From Candidatus Latescibacterota bacterium (GTDB taxonomy: Bacteria; Latescibacterota; UBA2968), in NCBI GenBank assembly GCA_965205975.1, contig OZ242195.1, positions 1,344,001 through 1,408,000 on the forward strand: 64,000 bases of DNA, in the 5' to 3' direction. The number at the start of each line of letters is the position of its first letter. Position 1 is the stretch's first letter. A program made the translations under genes and the position numbers. Positions 8,538-17,656 of this stretch are shown piece after piece. A model generated the notes under the pieces. That model saw nothing but the letters and a program-made list of their open reading frames with translations. It searched no databases and was not told the DNA's origin.

Positions 8538-10832
8538 ATGGCGACAAAAACAGAAGATTATCTGGGAATTACGGATTACAAAGTTATTGGCACTCGCCCG
8601 ATCCGACACGATGGCGTCGATAAAGTCATCGGACGAGCCAAATACGGCGCAGATATCGATATGGCGGGTATGTTGCACGGGGCAGTTGTGCGCAGTCCGC
8701 ACGCACATGCGCGGGTCAAATCGATAAATACCAGTAAGGCGGAAGCACTTGCAGGTGTAAAAGCCGTGATCACGGTTGACGACCTGCCTTTGCAAGAAGA
8801 CAAAATTGAAGACCTGGGTGAAGGAGCCGCAAATCTCCGGCATCTGCGCGCAAATGTACTGGCCGATGGTAAGGTATTGTACCACGGGCATGCAGTGGCT
8901 GCGGTTGCGGCAACAGATATTCACACGGCGCAAGAAGCCGTCGATTTAATCGATGTCGAATACGAGGTGTTGCAACCCGTTCTAACTGTCCAGGAGGCCA
9001 TGAAAGAAGACGCGCCTTTGCTTCTGGAAGACCAGACTACGCAGTCGCTGGGCGAAGATACGGGACACAAGAGCAATGTGTGTACCCATTTTCGCCACGA
9101 ATTGGGCGACGTGGAGAGGGGATTTGCAGAGGCGGAACTCGTCATTGAGCGAGAATTTGATACGGCGACGGTTCACCAGGGGTATATTGAACCGCAAAAT
9201 GCCACAGCCTTGTGGAGTGCCGATGATCAGATCACGGTGTGGTGCAGCACGCAGGGTGCTTTTACCGTGCGCGAACAGACCGCGCAGATATTAGACGTAC
9301 CGGTTTCTCAGGTCAAGGTTGTTCCCCTGGAAATTGGCGGTGGATTTGGAGGCAAAATCCGGATTTATCTCGAACCCCTCGCTGCAATCTTGTCGAGAAA
9401 GACGGGGCGCCCCGTCAAGATGGTCATGAGCCGCACAGAAGTTTTACAGGCTACTGGACCGACTGCTGGATCTTTTATCAAGTGCAAAATGGGGGTTGAC
9501 AAAGCGGGTAAGCTCGTCGCTGCATATGCGTATATGGCGTATGAGTCGGGTGGTTTTCCCGGTAGTTGGGCAGCTCCAGGCGCCATGTGCATTTTCGCAC
9601 CCTACAATATTCCCAATGTGTTGATTGACGGGTACGAAGTGCTGGTCAATAAACCGCAGACTATGGCTTATCGGGCACCCGGCGCGACCAATGCCGCTTT
9701 TGCTTCAGAAACGATTATCGATGAGCTTTGCGAACAATTGGATGTCGATCCACTCGAGTTTCGGCTCAAAAACTCTGCCAGAGAAGGCACGCGTCGCGCA
9801 GATGGTCCGGTTTATCCGCGAATTGGTAACGAGGAATGTGTCAAAACAGCTCTGTCTTCAGAGCACTACGCGGCGCAACTCAGTGGTAAAAACCGGGGGC
9901 GCGGGATTGCTTCGGGCTTCTGGTTCAACGTAGGTTTGAAGTCGAGTGCTGCTGCCAGTGTAAATTCCGATGGCACGGTCAGTCTGGTTGAGGGTTCTAC
10001 GGATATTGGCGGAACCCGAACGTCTATTGCGATGCAATTGGCCGAAGTACTCGGTATCCGGGCCGAAGATGTCAAGCCACAGGTGGCTGATACGGATTCT
10101 ATCGGCGATACGGATGTGACTGGGGGAAGTCGCACGACATTTGCTACGGGGTGGGCGGCCTATCAGTGCGCCCTGGATATCAAAGAGCAGTTGATTGAAC
10201 GCGCGGCAAAATTGTGGGAGATTTCGACTGATGATGTGGTTTTTGACGATGGTACATTTTCTTCATCTGATTCTTCTAAAACAGTCTCGTTCAAAGAATT
10301 GGCCGGAATGCTTGACGAAACCGGTGGTCCCGTTATGGGTAGGGCAACCGTAAATCCGTCCGGCGTGGGCGGTGCTTTTGCGGTAATGATTGTCGATATT
10401 GAGGTCGATACGGAAACGGGTAAAGTGGAAATTTTGCGCGTCTCTATGATTCAAGATGCTGGCAAGGCTGTTTATCCCAGTTACGTCGAAGGACAAATGC
10501 AGGGAGGCACAGCACAGGGCATTGGCTGGGCACTCAACGAAGAATACGCCTATAATCGGGATGGACTTTTGACAAATGCGAGTTTACTCGATTATCGGAT
10601 GCCCACGTGTCTCGATTTGCCCATGATTGAAACCCATATCGTCGAAGTGCCAAATCCCGGTCATCCCTATGGTGTGCGAGGGGTGGGGGAAGTGCCGATT
10701 GTTCCACCTGCTGCTGCAGTTGCAAATGCGATTTACGATGCTGTGGGTGTGAGAATGACGAATTTGCCCATGTCGCCAGGCGAAGTTCTCAAAGCGTTAT
10801 GGTCCAAAAATGGAGAGAATGGGACAGCCTGA
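8538..10832 (+). CDS. xanthine dehydrogenase-family molybdopterin-binding large subunit
   Basis: HQGYIEP, GGGFGGK, AYRAPG loop, GQMQGG, RGVGEV. Confidence 0.93.
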   Translation: MATKTEDYLGITDYKVIGTRPIRHDGVDKVIGRAKYGADIDMAGMLHGAVVRSPHAHARVKSINTSKAEALAGVKAVITVDDLPLQEDKIEDLGEGAANLRHLRANVLADGKVLYHGHAVAAVAATDIHTAQEAVDLIDVEYEVLQPVLTVQEAMKEDAPLLLEDQTTQSLGEDTGHKSNVCTHFRHELGDVERGFAEAELVIEREFDTATVHQGYIEPQNATALWSADDQITVWCSTQGAFTVREQTAQILDVPVSQVKVVPLEIGGGFGGKIRIYLEPLAAILSRKTGRPVKMVMSRTEVLQATGPTAGSFIKCKMGVDKAGKLVAAYAYMAYESGGFPGSWAAPGAMCIFAPYNIPNVLIDGYEVLVNKPQTMAYRAPGATNAAFASETIIDELCEQLDVDPLEFRLKNSAREGTRRADGPVYPRIGNEECVKTALSSEHYAAQLSGKNRGRGIASGFWFNVGLKSSAAASVNSDGTVSLVEGSTDIGGTRTSIAMQLAEVLGIRAEDVKPQVADTDSIGDTDVTGGSRTTFATGWAAYQCALDIKEQLIERAAKLWEISTDDVVFDDGTFSSSDSSKTVSFKELAGMLDETGGPVMGRATVNPSGVGGAFAVMIVDIEVDTETGKVEILRVSMIQDAGKAVYPSYVEGQMQGGTAQGIGWALNEEYAYNRDGLLTNASLLDYRMPTCLDLPMIETHIVEVPNPGHPYGVRGVGEVPIVPPAAAVANAIYDAVGVRMTNLPMSPGEVLKALWSKNGENGTA

Positions 10833-10874
10833 TTTGTGTGTTTCTGAATAGACATCCAATCCAAAGGGGGTAAC

Positions 10875-11468
10875 ATGAATCGAGTGATTTCAATATTAGC
10901 TGCCTGGGGACTGGCAGCCCTGATGGTGCTGTGTGTTCCTCAGATGGCCAATGCCCTGGGGTTGGGGGTCAAAGCGGGTGTGAGTCTGACGCGCGAACAG
11001 CAGTTTGATACCTTTTATGGCATGGGGGGGCAATTTGACTCTCACCGATGGATGCTTGGAGGCAATCTCGATCTGGGATCCGTTATATTGCCCAAATTGC
11101 ATCTGCTGCCTGGCATGGATATCGCGGTACAAGAAAATTTGCGCGTTTATGTCGTCAATCTGGATGTCGTTTACTTTTTTCATCAGACTCCGGTCAGTCG
11201 GGCCTATGTTGGCGGTGGTTTTGGAACCCACTTCTTTCGCCCCACAACAGCGTCCATAGAGCCAGATCCAGTAGTAGAGGCGTCGGAAGATATCGTCCTT
11301 GAGGGCCCGCAAAACGACACCAAAATCAGCGTAAATTTGCCCTTGGGGTATCGGCGCAAATTGGGGCCGGGGTTGTCCTGGTTTGGCGAAATAAAACTCA
11401 TCATTGCCGACGATGAGAAAGATAGCGCATTGCAATTCACAATTGGTTTTCACTTTGGTAACGAATAG
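10875..11468 (+). CDS. secreted outer-membrane beta-barrel-like hypothetical protein
   Basis: Signal peptide ending ANA; alternating beta-strand pattern; C-terminal FTIGFHF. Confidence 0.7.
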   Translation: MNRVISILAAWGLAALMVLCVPQMANALGLGVKAGVSLTREQQFDTFYGMGGQFDSHRWMLGGNLDLGSVILPKLHLLPGMDIAVQENLRVYVVNLDVVYFFHQTPVSRAYVGGGFGTHFFRPTTASIEPDPVVEASEDIVLEGPQNDTKISVNLPLGYRRKLGPGLSWFGEIKLIIADDEKDSALQFTIGFHFGNE

Positions 11469-11477
11469 GAAGGATTT

Positions 11478-11576
11478 ATGGCGAGTAGTGAACGCAGAAA
11501 AGAGCTTCGTCGAAGGCGACAGAGGCGAAAAAAACGCCTTAAAGCACGTCGTCGAGAAGGAAGAAGTGGGAAGTAA
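11478..11576 (+). CDS. 32-aa highly basic small protein (DUF6800-like)
   Basis: MASSERRKELRRRRQRRKKRLKARRREGRSGK*, RBS AGGAAGGA; below the ORF-track cutoff. Confidence 0.7.
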   Translation: MASSERRKELRRRRQRRKKRLKARRREGRSGK

Positions 11577-11701
11577 GAACTAATAATGGGCATGGCGGTT
11601 AAAACGAATAGATAATAAGAACCCTTGCCATATATGCGATTTTTTGTACATTAGTATGGAATAAATCAGACCCGTAGTGTCATTTTTCAGGAGGTTTTTC
11701 A

Positions 11702-12067
11702 ATGGCTAATCCCAAAGTCATCGCCTATTTGAAGCCAGTCTGTGGTTGGAGCGGTGGTGTGCGCGCTGTTCTGGCAAAATATGGACTGGAATACGAAGAC
11801 CGCGATATTATTAACAATCCCAATAACTATCGCGAGATGGTTATGAAGAGTGGACAACCCTTACAGCCCTGCGTGCAGGTTGGGGATACGATGCTGGCTG
11901 ATATCAGCGGTGATGAGTTGGAAGGTTGGTTAATCGAAAATGGGTACCAACCCGCAGGTCCAGACGCAACGGTTCCGACAGATCGTTCCTGTACAGATGA
12001 AGAACATGAAGCAATGGCGCGCGCAGCACAGCAACCGACTATTGCCAACCCTCACTTTGGTAGATAA
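11702..12067 (+). CDS. glutaredoxin-like protein (monothiol CGWS)
   Basis: YLKPVCGWS, SGQPLQPCV; RBS AGGAGG; terminator at ~12093-12123. Confidence 0.85.
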   Translation: MANPKVIAYLKPVCGWSGGVRAVLAKYGLEYEDRDIINNPNNYREMVMKSGQPLQPCVQVGDTMLADISGDELEGWLIENGYQPAGPDATVPTDRSCTDEEHEAMARAAQQPTIANPHFGR

Positions 12068-12159
12068 AAACAAGGTGATGGTTTTTTACAGCGAGGCGAT
12101 CCTCAGGGGTCGCCTTTTTTTTTGAATAAGAGCCATTTGCAAACACTTTTATATTTACT

Positions 12160-12840
12160 ATGCAAACGCGCGTCCTCGAAAAAGAGATTGCAGGATGTAC
12201 CCTGTGCAAACGTCTGGTCGAATACTGCCGCACCTTTGATCTGGCGGAAAATCGCAAAATTGGCGATTGCGATTACTGGGCAAAACCCGTTCCGGGGTTT
12301 GGAGATGTCAATGCAGAATTGCTCATTATTGGTCTGGCTCCCGGCGCACACGGAGCCAATCGCACGGGCAGGCCATTTACAGGCGATGGCGCGGGCGATG
12401 TGCTTTACCGCGCACTCTTCCAGCACGGTTTTGCCAACCGGGAAACAGCGATTGATCTCCATGACGGAATGCGTCTGGACAATGTGTATATCACCAATGC
12501 CGTAAAGTGTGTTCCGCCTCAAAATCGCCCCAATGCTGAAGAGAAGCGTACCTGTCTCGACTGGCTGGCGCAGGAGATGACCGTCTTGTCTCGGGTGAAA
12601 ATCGTTCTGGCGATGGGCAGAGATGCGTTTGAAAGTTATATTCGGCTGGAGAGGGCAGCAGGGCGTGTGACGAGGCTGAACGCCTATCGTTTCCAACACG
12701 GTGGCGTGTATCAGTTGGACGATAAGATTCTCGTGGCGACTTACCATTTTAGTCGCTACAATATGAATACGGGCGTGCTGACAGAAGACATGATCGATGG
12801 GTTGTTTCAGCGCGTGTGCGCGTTGCTGTGTGAAGTGTGA
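12160..12840 (+). CDS. uracil-DNA glycosylase, family 5 (UdgB-like, Fe-S)
   Basis: CTLCKRL, GLAPGAHGANRTGRPFTGD, NAVKCVPP..C, YHFSRYN. Confidence 0.9.
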   Translation: MQTRVLEKEIAGCTLCKRLVEYCRTFDLAENRKIGDCDYWAKPVPGFGDVNAELLIIGLAPGAHGANRTGRPFTGDGAGDVLYRALFQHGFANRETAIDLHDGMRLDNVYITNAVKCVPPQNRPNAEEKRTCLDWLAQEMTVLSRVKIVLAMGRDAFESYIRLERAAGRVTRLNAYRFQHGGVYQLDDKILVATYHFSRYNMNTGVLTEDMIDGLFQRVCALLCEV

Positions 12841-12936
12841 TCCGCAGATGACGCAGATGGACGCAGATAAAAAGAGGCACTGGAGACTGGAGGGTTGAGT
12901 GGTTGGGACTGACTATTGATCATTGACTACTGACTT
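12840..12936. repeat. ATCCGCAGAT repeat copy 2, followed by heptamer tandem arms around a G-rich core
   Basis: ATCCGCAGATGACGCAGATGGACGCAGATAAA; (ACTGGAG)2-GGTTGAGTGGTTGGG-(YTGAYYA)~4. Confidence 0.7.
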
Positions 12937-13464
12937 GGGTGGCTCCAGCACAGCGATGTAGGGAAGATTGCGATAGGCCTGGTTGTAGTCGAGACCGTAG
13001 CCCACTACAAACTGATCCGGAATGGTGAAACCACAGTGATGAATGGGGACGGGGACGATTCTGCGGTCTGGTTTATCCAGGAGGGTGCAAATACTGAGAC
13101 TGCGTGGATTTCTGCCCTTTAATAATGTGAGAAGTGCAGAGATCGTGCGCCCGGTATCGACGATGTCTTCGACGATGATTACATGGCGATCGGCAATTTC
13201 ACGACTGAGGTCTTTTTTGAATGTCACTGTGCCCGAGCTGCTTGTACCGACATAACTCGAAATCGCAATGAAATCAATTTCAATGGGGCAGCTTATCGCG
13301 TGCGAAAGATCGACCAAAAAGTAGAGAGCGCCTGTTAAAATACCCACGAGAATAACACCGTCTGGATACTGTGCGGAAATTTCGGCACCGAGTTCACAAA
13401 CGCGGTTTTGGATTGCTTTTTCGTCAAGTAATATAGAACTGTGATGAGAATCAAAAACCTGCAC
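12913..13464 (-). CDS. hpt: hypoxanthine phosphoribosyltransferase
   Basis: VIIVEDIVDTGRT PRPP motif, LLDKP, FVVGYGLDY..YRNLPYI. Confidence 0.95.
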   Translation of the reverse strand: MQVFDSHHSSILLDEKAIQNRVCELGAEISAQYPDGVILVGILTGALYFLVDLSHAISCPIEIDFIAISSYVGTSSSGTVTFKKDLSREIADRHVIIVEDIVDTGRTISALLTLLKGRNPRSLSICTLLDKPDRRIVPVPIHHCGFTIPDQFVVGYGLDYNQAYRNLPYIAVLEPPKSVVNDQ

Positions 13465-13575
13465 TTGATAAACCTCCTTGTGGTGGAAAGATGGTATAAA
13501 TTAAACGATTTATTTTTTTAGTCAAACCCCATTGGGGCTAACTCATACCCATCAAGCAGTATTTGAAGGAATCCC

Positions 13576-13604
13576 TTGATTCAGATTTGTAAAAATGCTA
13601 TATT
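13576..13604 (+). promoter_or_regulatory. sigma70-type promoter upstream of structured RNA/mutL
   Basis: TTGATT-17 nt-TATATT. Confidence 0.55.
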
Positions 13605-13607
13605 TGC

Positions 13608-13740
13608 GTCGAAGCTTGTGCTTCACAAAAAAACGCCTTGAATCTGCATGAGGGTAGCCCCGCAGGAAGTTTTCCGCTGTTTTAACACCGGGACTTCGAC
13701 AACCATTTCGGCGCCCGGCGGGTTAGGCGTTTTTTGTTTT
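13608..13740 (+). ncRNA. candidate rod-shaped structured RNA or mutL leader
   Basis: Nested stems AAAAAACGCCT/AGGCGTTTTTT, AATCTGC/GCGGGTT, GGGTAGCC/GGCGCCC, internal bubble, GAAGT..CCG/CGG..ACTTC. Confidence 0.5.
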
Positions 13741-13761
13741 CTTTTTTTATCTATCCTCAAT

Positions 13762-15555
13762 ATGTCCAATAAAATTCGCATACTTCCGGATGATATCGCC
13801 AACCGCATCGCTGCAGGGGAAGTGGTTGAGCGGCCTGCGTCTGTTGCAAAAGAACTGATGGAAAATTCAGTGGATGCGGGATCAGACCGCATTGTCGTTG
13901 AAGTTGCTGCTGGCGGCAAGGAAAGCCTGCGGGTCAGTGATAACGGATACGGAATGTCGCGCGATGACGCGCTTTTAGCACTTGAACGGCACGCGACGAG
14001 CAAAATTCAAAGTCTGGACGATCTAAAAGGGTTGCTCACACATGGATTCAGGGGCGAGGCATTGCCCAGTATTGCCGCTGTTTCGCGCATGACCCTTGAA
14101 ACTCGCCTGGTAGGTGCGGTTGAAGGAACGCGAGTGTCCGTGATAGGTGGGCGCGTGCAGGATGTATCAGCGATTGGTCGCGGGCAGGGTACGGCTGTTA
14201 CATTGCACGGCCTATTTTTTAACGTGCCCGCCAGACGTAAATTTCTTAAAAGTGTCGATACAGAATTTCGGCATATTGTGAACGCGGTGACGGCTATGGC
14301 CATGGCCTATCCCGAGATCGGGTTTGATCTCAAGCACAATGGTCGCCAGGTGCTGCAACTGGGCAGGTCGCGCTTTGATCGGCGGGCAGAACAGATATTT
14401 GGCGTGCGATATGGCGCAGATGCCATCGGTGTTGAGAGCAAGACAAGTGGGATTGAGGTTCGGGGCTTTGTGGGCAAGCCAGAGTCCGCACGGAAATCCG
14501 GCGCCCAACAGGTTTTGATTGTCAATAACCGATGGGTGCAGCACAAAGCCATCGCTTTTGCAGTTTACGAAGGATATGGCGGGCTTTTGCCCAAGGGGCT
14601 TGCGCCATCGTATTGCCTTTGTCTGAACATTGACCCGGCGCGTGTGGATGTCAATGTTCATCCATCAAAGCGCGAGGTTCGCTTTGCCGACGAGCGGTCA
14701 ATTTACGGTCTGATCACCGGAGCGGTTCAACAATCGCTGCGCGGCGCAGATTTGATCCCAGAAATGGGCGATGCTGTTATGCCTGTGGCAGATACACCTG
14801 TGAGCATTGCAGAATCTCCCGAGATTACCTATCAGTTCGGACAGCCCAAAGTTGGCGGACAGCCTCAGATGGCATTGCCGCTAACGATGAGAATGTCGTC
14901 GGGCAAGACAAAGCGGGGAACCGGGGTTAATACCGATGATCTCGATGAAGAGGATTTTACACGGATTTCCGTATGGCAACTGCACAGCAAGTACATTTTG
15001 GCGCACATTAAAAATGGTTTGATTGCGATTGACCAGCAGGTTGCCCATCAGAGGATTTTGTACGAACGCGCCATTGACAATATGCATACCCGTCCCGCAA
15101 CGAGCCAGCGGCTGTTGTTTCCACTTACACTCGATTTTGGCGTCAAAGAAATTCTTATTGTGCGCGAGGCCATGCCCTTGTTGGAAAAAATGGGGTTTGG
15201 CATCCGTGATTTTGGGGGGCATACTGTTGTAGTCGATGCCATTCCTCTGGGATTGAGAACGTGGCAAGACGGGCAGCTTTTGAGAGATATGATTCGCGAT
15301 ATGGCCGAAGCCGAGCAAGCGACTTCTGTTCCGCCTTCTGTGCAAGCGCGACAGGTCGCGCCCGAGGAACATCGGCTCGCATCGGTTTATGCCTGGCATA
15401 CGTCGATTCGCACAGGTGAGGATTTATCGACAGAAGAAATGCGCGCGCTTATCGATCAATTGTTCGCAACGCGAGAGCCTTTCGTCAGTCCTTATGGCAA
15501 GCCGACTCTTGTGAAGATTGGGCTGGATGAAATCGACAATCGGTTTAAGCGGTAG
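13762..15555 (+). CDS. mutL: DNA mismatch repair protein MutL (endonuclease motifs degenerate)
   Basis: IAAGEVVERPAS, GFRGEAL, VDVNVHPSKREVRF; start at MSNKIRIL; upstream of miaA. Confidence 0.95.
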   Translation: MSNKIRILPDDIANRIAAGEVVERPASVAKELMENSVDAGSDRIVVEVAAGGKESLRVSDNGYGMSRDDALLALERHATSKIQSLDDLKGLLTHGFRGEALPSIAAVSRMTLETRLVGAVEGTRVSVIGGRVQDVSAIGRGQGTAVTLHGLFFNVPARRKFLKSVDTEFRHIVNAVTAMAMAYPEIGFDLKHNGRQVLQLGRSRFDRRAEQIFGVRYGADAIGVESKTSGIEVRGFVGKPESARKSGAQQVLIVNNRWVQHKAIAFAVYEGYGGLLPKGLAPSYCLCLNIDPARVDVNVHPSKREVRFADERSIYGLITGAVQQSLRGADLIPEMGDAVMPVADTPVSIAESPEITYQFGQPKVGGQPQMALPLTMRMSSGKTKRGTGVNTDDLDEEDFTRISVWQLHSKYILAHIKNGLIAIDQQVAHQRILYERAIDNMHTRPATSQRLLFPLTLDFGVKEILIVREAMPLLEKMGFGIRDFGGHTVVVDAIPLGLRTWQDGQLLRDMIRDMAEAEQATSVPPSVQARQVAPEEHRLASVYAWHTSIRTGEDLSTEEMRALIDQLFATREPFVSPYGKPTLVKIGLDEIDNRFKR

Positions 15556-15557
15556 TC

Positions 15558-16478
15558 ATGGCCTCGCTTCGAGATATTCTGGTAATTGCCGGACCGACGG
15601 CATCGGGCAAAACGGCTGTGGGCATTGAACTCGCGCAGAGATTAAATGGCGAGATTATATCGGCAGATGCGCGCCAGATTTATCGTTTTATGGATATTGG
15701 GACGGCAAAACCGACCACTGAAGAACGGGCTGCTGCGCGCCATCACCTCATCGATTTTGTCAATCCCGACGAAGACTATAGCGCGGGGCAATTTGCCGAA
15801 GATGCATCTGCGGTAATTGGAGATATTCAACGTCGCGGCAAGATGCCCATTGTCGTCGGTGGAGCGGGATTGTATATCCGCGCGTTGTTCGATGGCTTTT
15901 CACCTATGCCGAAAATTTCACCAGAGATTCGCGCGCGGTTGCAGGAAGAGGGAAGAGATTGTCTTCCCTCCTTGTACAAAAGGCTGTGTGAGGTCGATCC
16001 GGAATGGGCTGAAAAAATTCAGGCAACCGATACACAACGCATTCTGCGCGGCCTGGAGGTCTATGAAGCGTCGGGTAAGCCGCTTTCTGAATATCAGAAG
16101 GTGCCGCCAACGCCGCCGATCCGTCATACTGCATCTTATTTTGGTTTATACTGGGAGCGCGAAGTACTCTATGACCGGATCAATGCGCGTGCGTGTCTTA
16201 TGTTCGAGAATGGCCTGATTGAAGAAGCCGCAAGCCTTCGCGATAGAGGTTACTCCCCCGATCTAAACGCGCTCAATGCATTTGGATACCGAGAAATATT
16301 TCAATATCTCAATGGTAAGACGACGCTTGATCGCGCACTTGCCGATTTGCAACAGGGTACGCGACGCTATGCCAAACGACAGATGACTTTTTTTCGTAGG
16401 GATAAGCGCTTCAGATGGGTAGATGGTAGTGATGGTGATGTGGCAGATGTCATCTTGCAAAACCTTGAAACATGTTGA
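15558..16478 (+). CDS. miaA: tRNA dimethylallyltransferase
   Basis: GPTASGKT, MDIGTAKP, VGGAGLY, TRRYAKRQMTFF. Confidence 0.96.
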   Translation: MASLRDILVIAGPTASGKTAVGIELAQRLNGEIISADARQIYRFMDIGTAKPTTEERAAARHHLIDFVNPDEDYSAGQFAEDASAVIGDIQRRGKMPIVVGGAGLYIRALFDGFSPMPKISPEIRARLQEEGRDCLPSLYKRLCEVDPEWAEKIQATDTQRILRGLEVYEASGKPLSEYQKVPPTPPIRHTASYFGLYWEREVLYDRINARACLMFENGLIEEAASLRDRGYSPDLNALNAFGYREIFQYLNGKTTLDRALADLQQGTRRYAKRQMTFFRRDKRFRWVDGSDGDVADVILQNLETC

Positions 16479-16503
16479 CACCAAAGATGAACCCCTATAA
16501 ATT
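16475..16503 (+). promoter_or_regulatory. tRNA promoter
   Basis: TTGACA-17 nt-TAAATT. Confidence 0.65.
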
Positions 16504-16519
16504 GGCTATTCCTTGCGGA

Positions 16520-16595
16520 GCGGGAATAACTCAGTTGGTAGAGTGCAAGCTTCCCAAGCTTGATGTCGCGGGTTCGAGTCCCGTTTCCCGCTCCA
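16520..16595 (+). tRNA. tRNA-Gly (anticodon CCC)
   Basis: GCGGGAA acceptor stem, CAAGC-TTCCCAA-GCTTG anticodon arm, GGTTCGAGTCC T-arm, encoded CCA; 76 nt. Confidence 0.97.
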
Positions 16596-16610
16596 TTTTT
16601 TTGATAAATT

Positions 16611-17078
16611 ATGAAAAATCTCGAACGCTTCGCACCATATATTCTCATCATAATCTCCTTGGTAGTATCAGGTCATTTCATTCACGTAGCAGCCACGCGA
16701 TCTTTGACCTACCTGGAGGGTGTCATTTTGCAACTCTTTACCTTACTCGCTGGACTGGGGGGATCATTCATCTTTGGTCGCCAGTCGGCGCGTGAGGCCG
16801 CGAGAGAGTTCATCAAGCCACATGCACGGTCTGCATTCCGACGTCTTCTCTCTCTTTATCAGAGTCTTTCTCGAGTAGCGGATGTTATAGAATCATCACG
16901 AAACTCCGAGTCTCCAGAGGAAAATCAAGTGACACTTGCCAAACTCGAAGCAATTGTCGTTGAGCAAATATCTTCGGCAGATGATGCAATAGAGGATTGG
17001 AGAGATATCGTTCCAGAAGATGTGCAAGAGTTAGACCAAAGATTCTCTCCTGATAACACCACGAGGGATAGACAATGA
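16611..17078 (+). CDS. hypothetical protein, two N-terminal TM helices plus helical/coiled-coil domain
   Basis: Two hydrophobic segments, then an acidic helical region; ATGA overlap with the next gene. Confidence 0.75.
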   Translation: MKNLERFAPYILIIISLVVSGHFIHVAATRSLTYLEGVILQLFTLLAGLGGSFIFGRQSAREAAREFIKPHARSAFRRLLSLYQSLSRVADVIESSRNSESPEENQVTLAKLEAIVVEQISSADDAIEDWRDIVPEDVQELDQRFSPDNTTRDRQ

Positions 17079-17533
17079 CCGAACCAATTCGCGGAAAAGT
17101 TGCATGGGTGCTCAACTCTCGAGAAATTGCCATAAATATAGGCGTTGCCGATGGCGTCACTATGGGCATGTTCTTTGACGTAGAGTACCCCTATGGGGCA
17201 ATTAAAGACCCTGACACGAACGAAGTGTTAGGCTCTATTAAACGCACGAAAGTCAGGGTGCAGATTACTGAAGTTCAAGAGAAATTGGCTGTGGCATCTA
17301 CATACCGATCCACACGAGTGAACCTTGGTGGAGCCGGATTCGACTTTGGTCCATTTTCTCGAGCACTAATGCCATCCGAGTGGATAACAAAGTATGAGAC
17401 ATTAAAAAAATCAGACAGAAAAATTTTGATAGAAGATATTGATGAAGAAGACAGCTTCGTGAAGGTCGGAGATCCAGTCGTTCAAGTCATTGAAGAGATT
17501 GACGCAGAAACAGAAAAAAAAGCGAACACCTGA
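17075..17533 (+). CDS. hypothetical small beta-barrel protein (FlgT C-terminal-like pattern)
   Basis: GKVA..IAINIG..DGV..G..F.V...IKDPDTNEVLG...V.ITEVQEK...VKVGD.V. Confidence 0.7.
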   Translation: MTEPIRGKVAWVLNSREIAINIGVADGVTMGMFFDVEYPYGAIKDPDTNEVLGSIKRTKVRVQITEVQEKLAVASTYRSTRVNLGGAGFDFGPFSRALMPSEWITKYETLKKSDRKILIEDIDEEDSFVKVGDPVVQVIEEIDAETEKKANT

Positions 17534-17565
17534 CAACCGCTTTCTGACTTGGGTAAGCAGACCGC

Positions 17566-17600
17566 GGCGGCGAAGAACGATCCATCTTCGCCGCTTTTTT
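17566..17600 (+). terminator. rho-independent terminator
   Basis: GCGGCGAAGA-loop-TCTTCGCCGC-T6. Confidence 0.8.
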
Positions 17601-17656
17601 GATATAGAGTAGAGATTCATTTGATTGGAAAAGACTAATAAATTTAAGGATTTTTC

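Noticed and set aside
8538..10832. Aerobic CO dehydrogenase CoxL
   Set aside because: Lacks AYxCSFR, and no cox accessory genes are adjacent
16596..17600. Prophage or integrative element at tRNA-Gly
   Set aside because: No integrase and no duplicated tRNA 3' end found; kept only as a small islet
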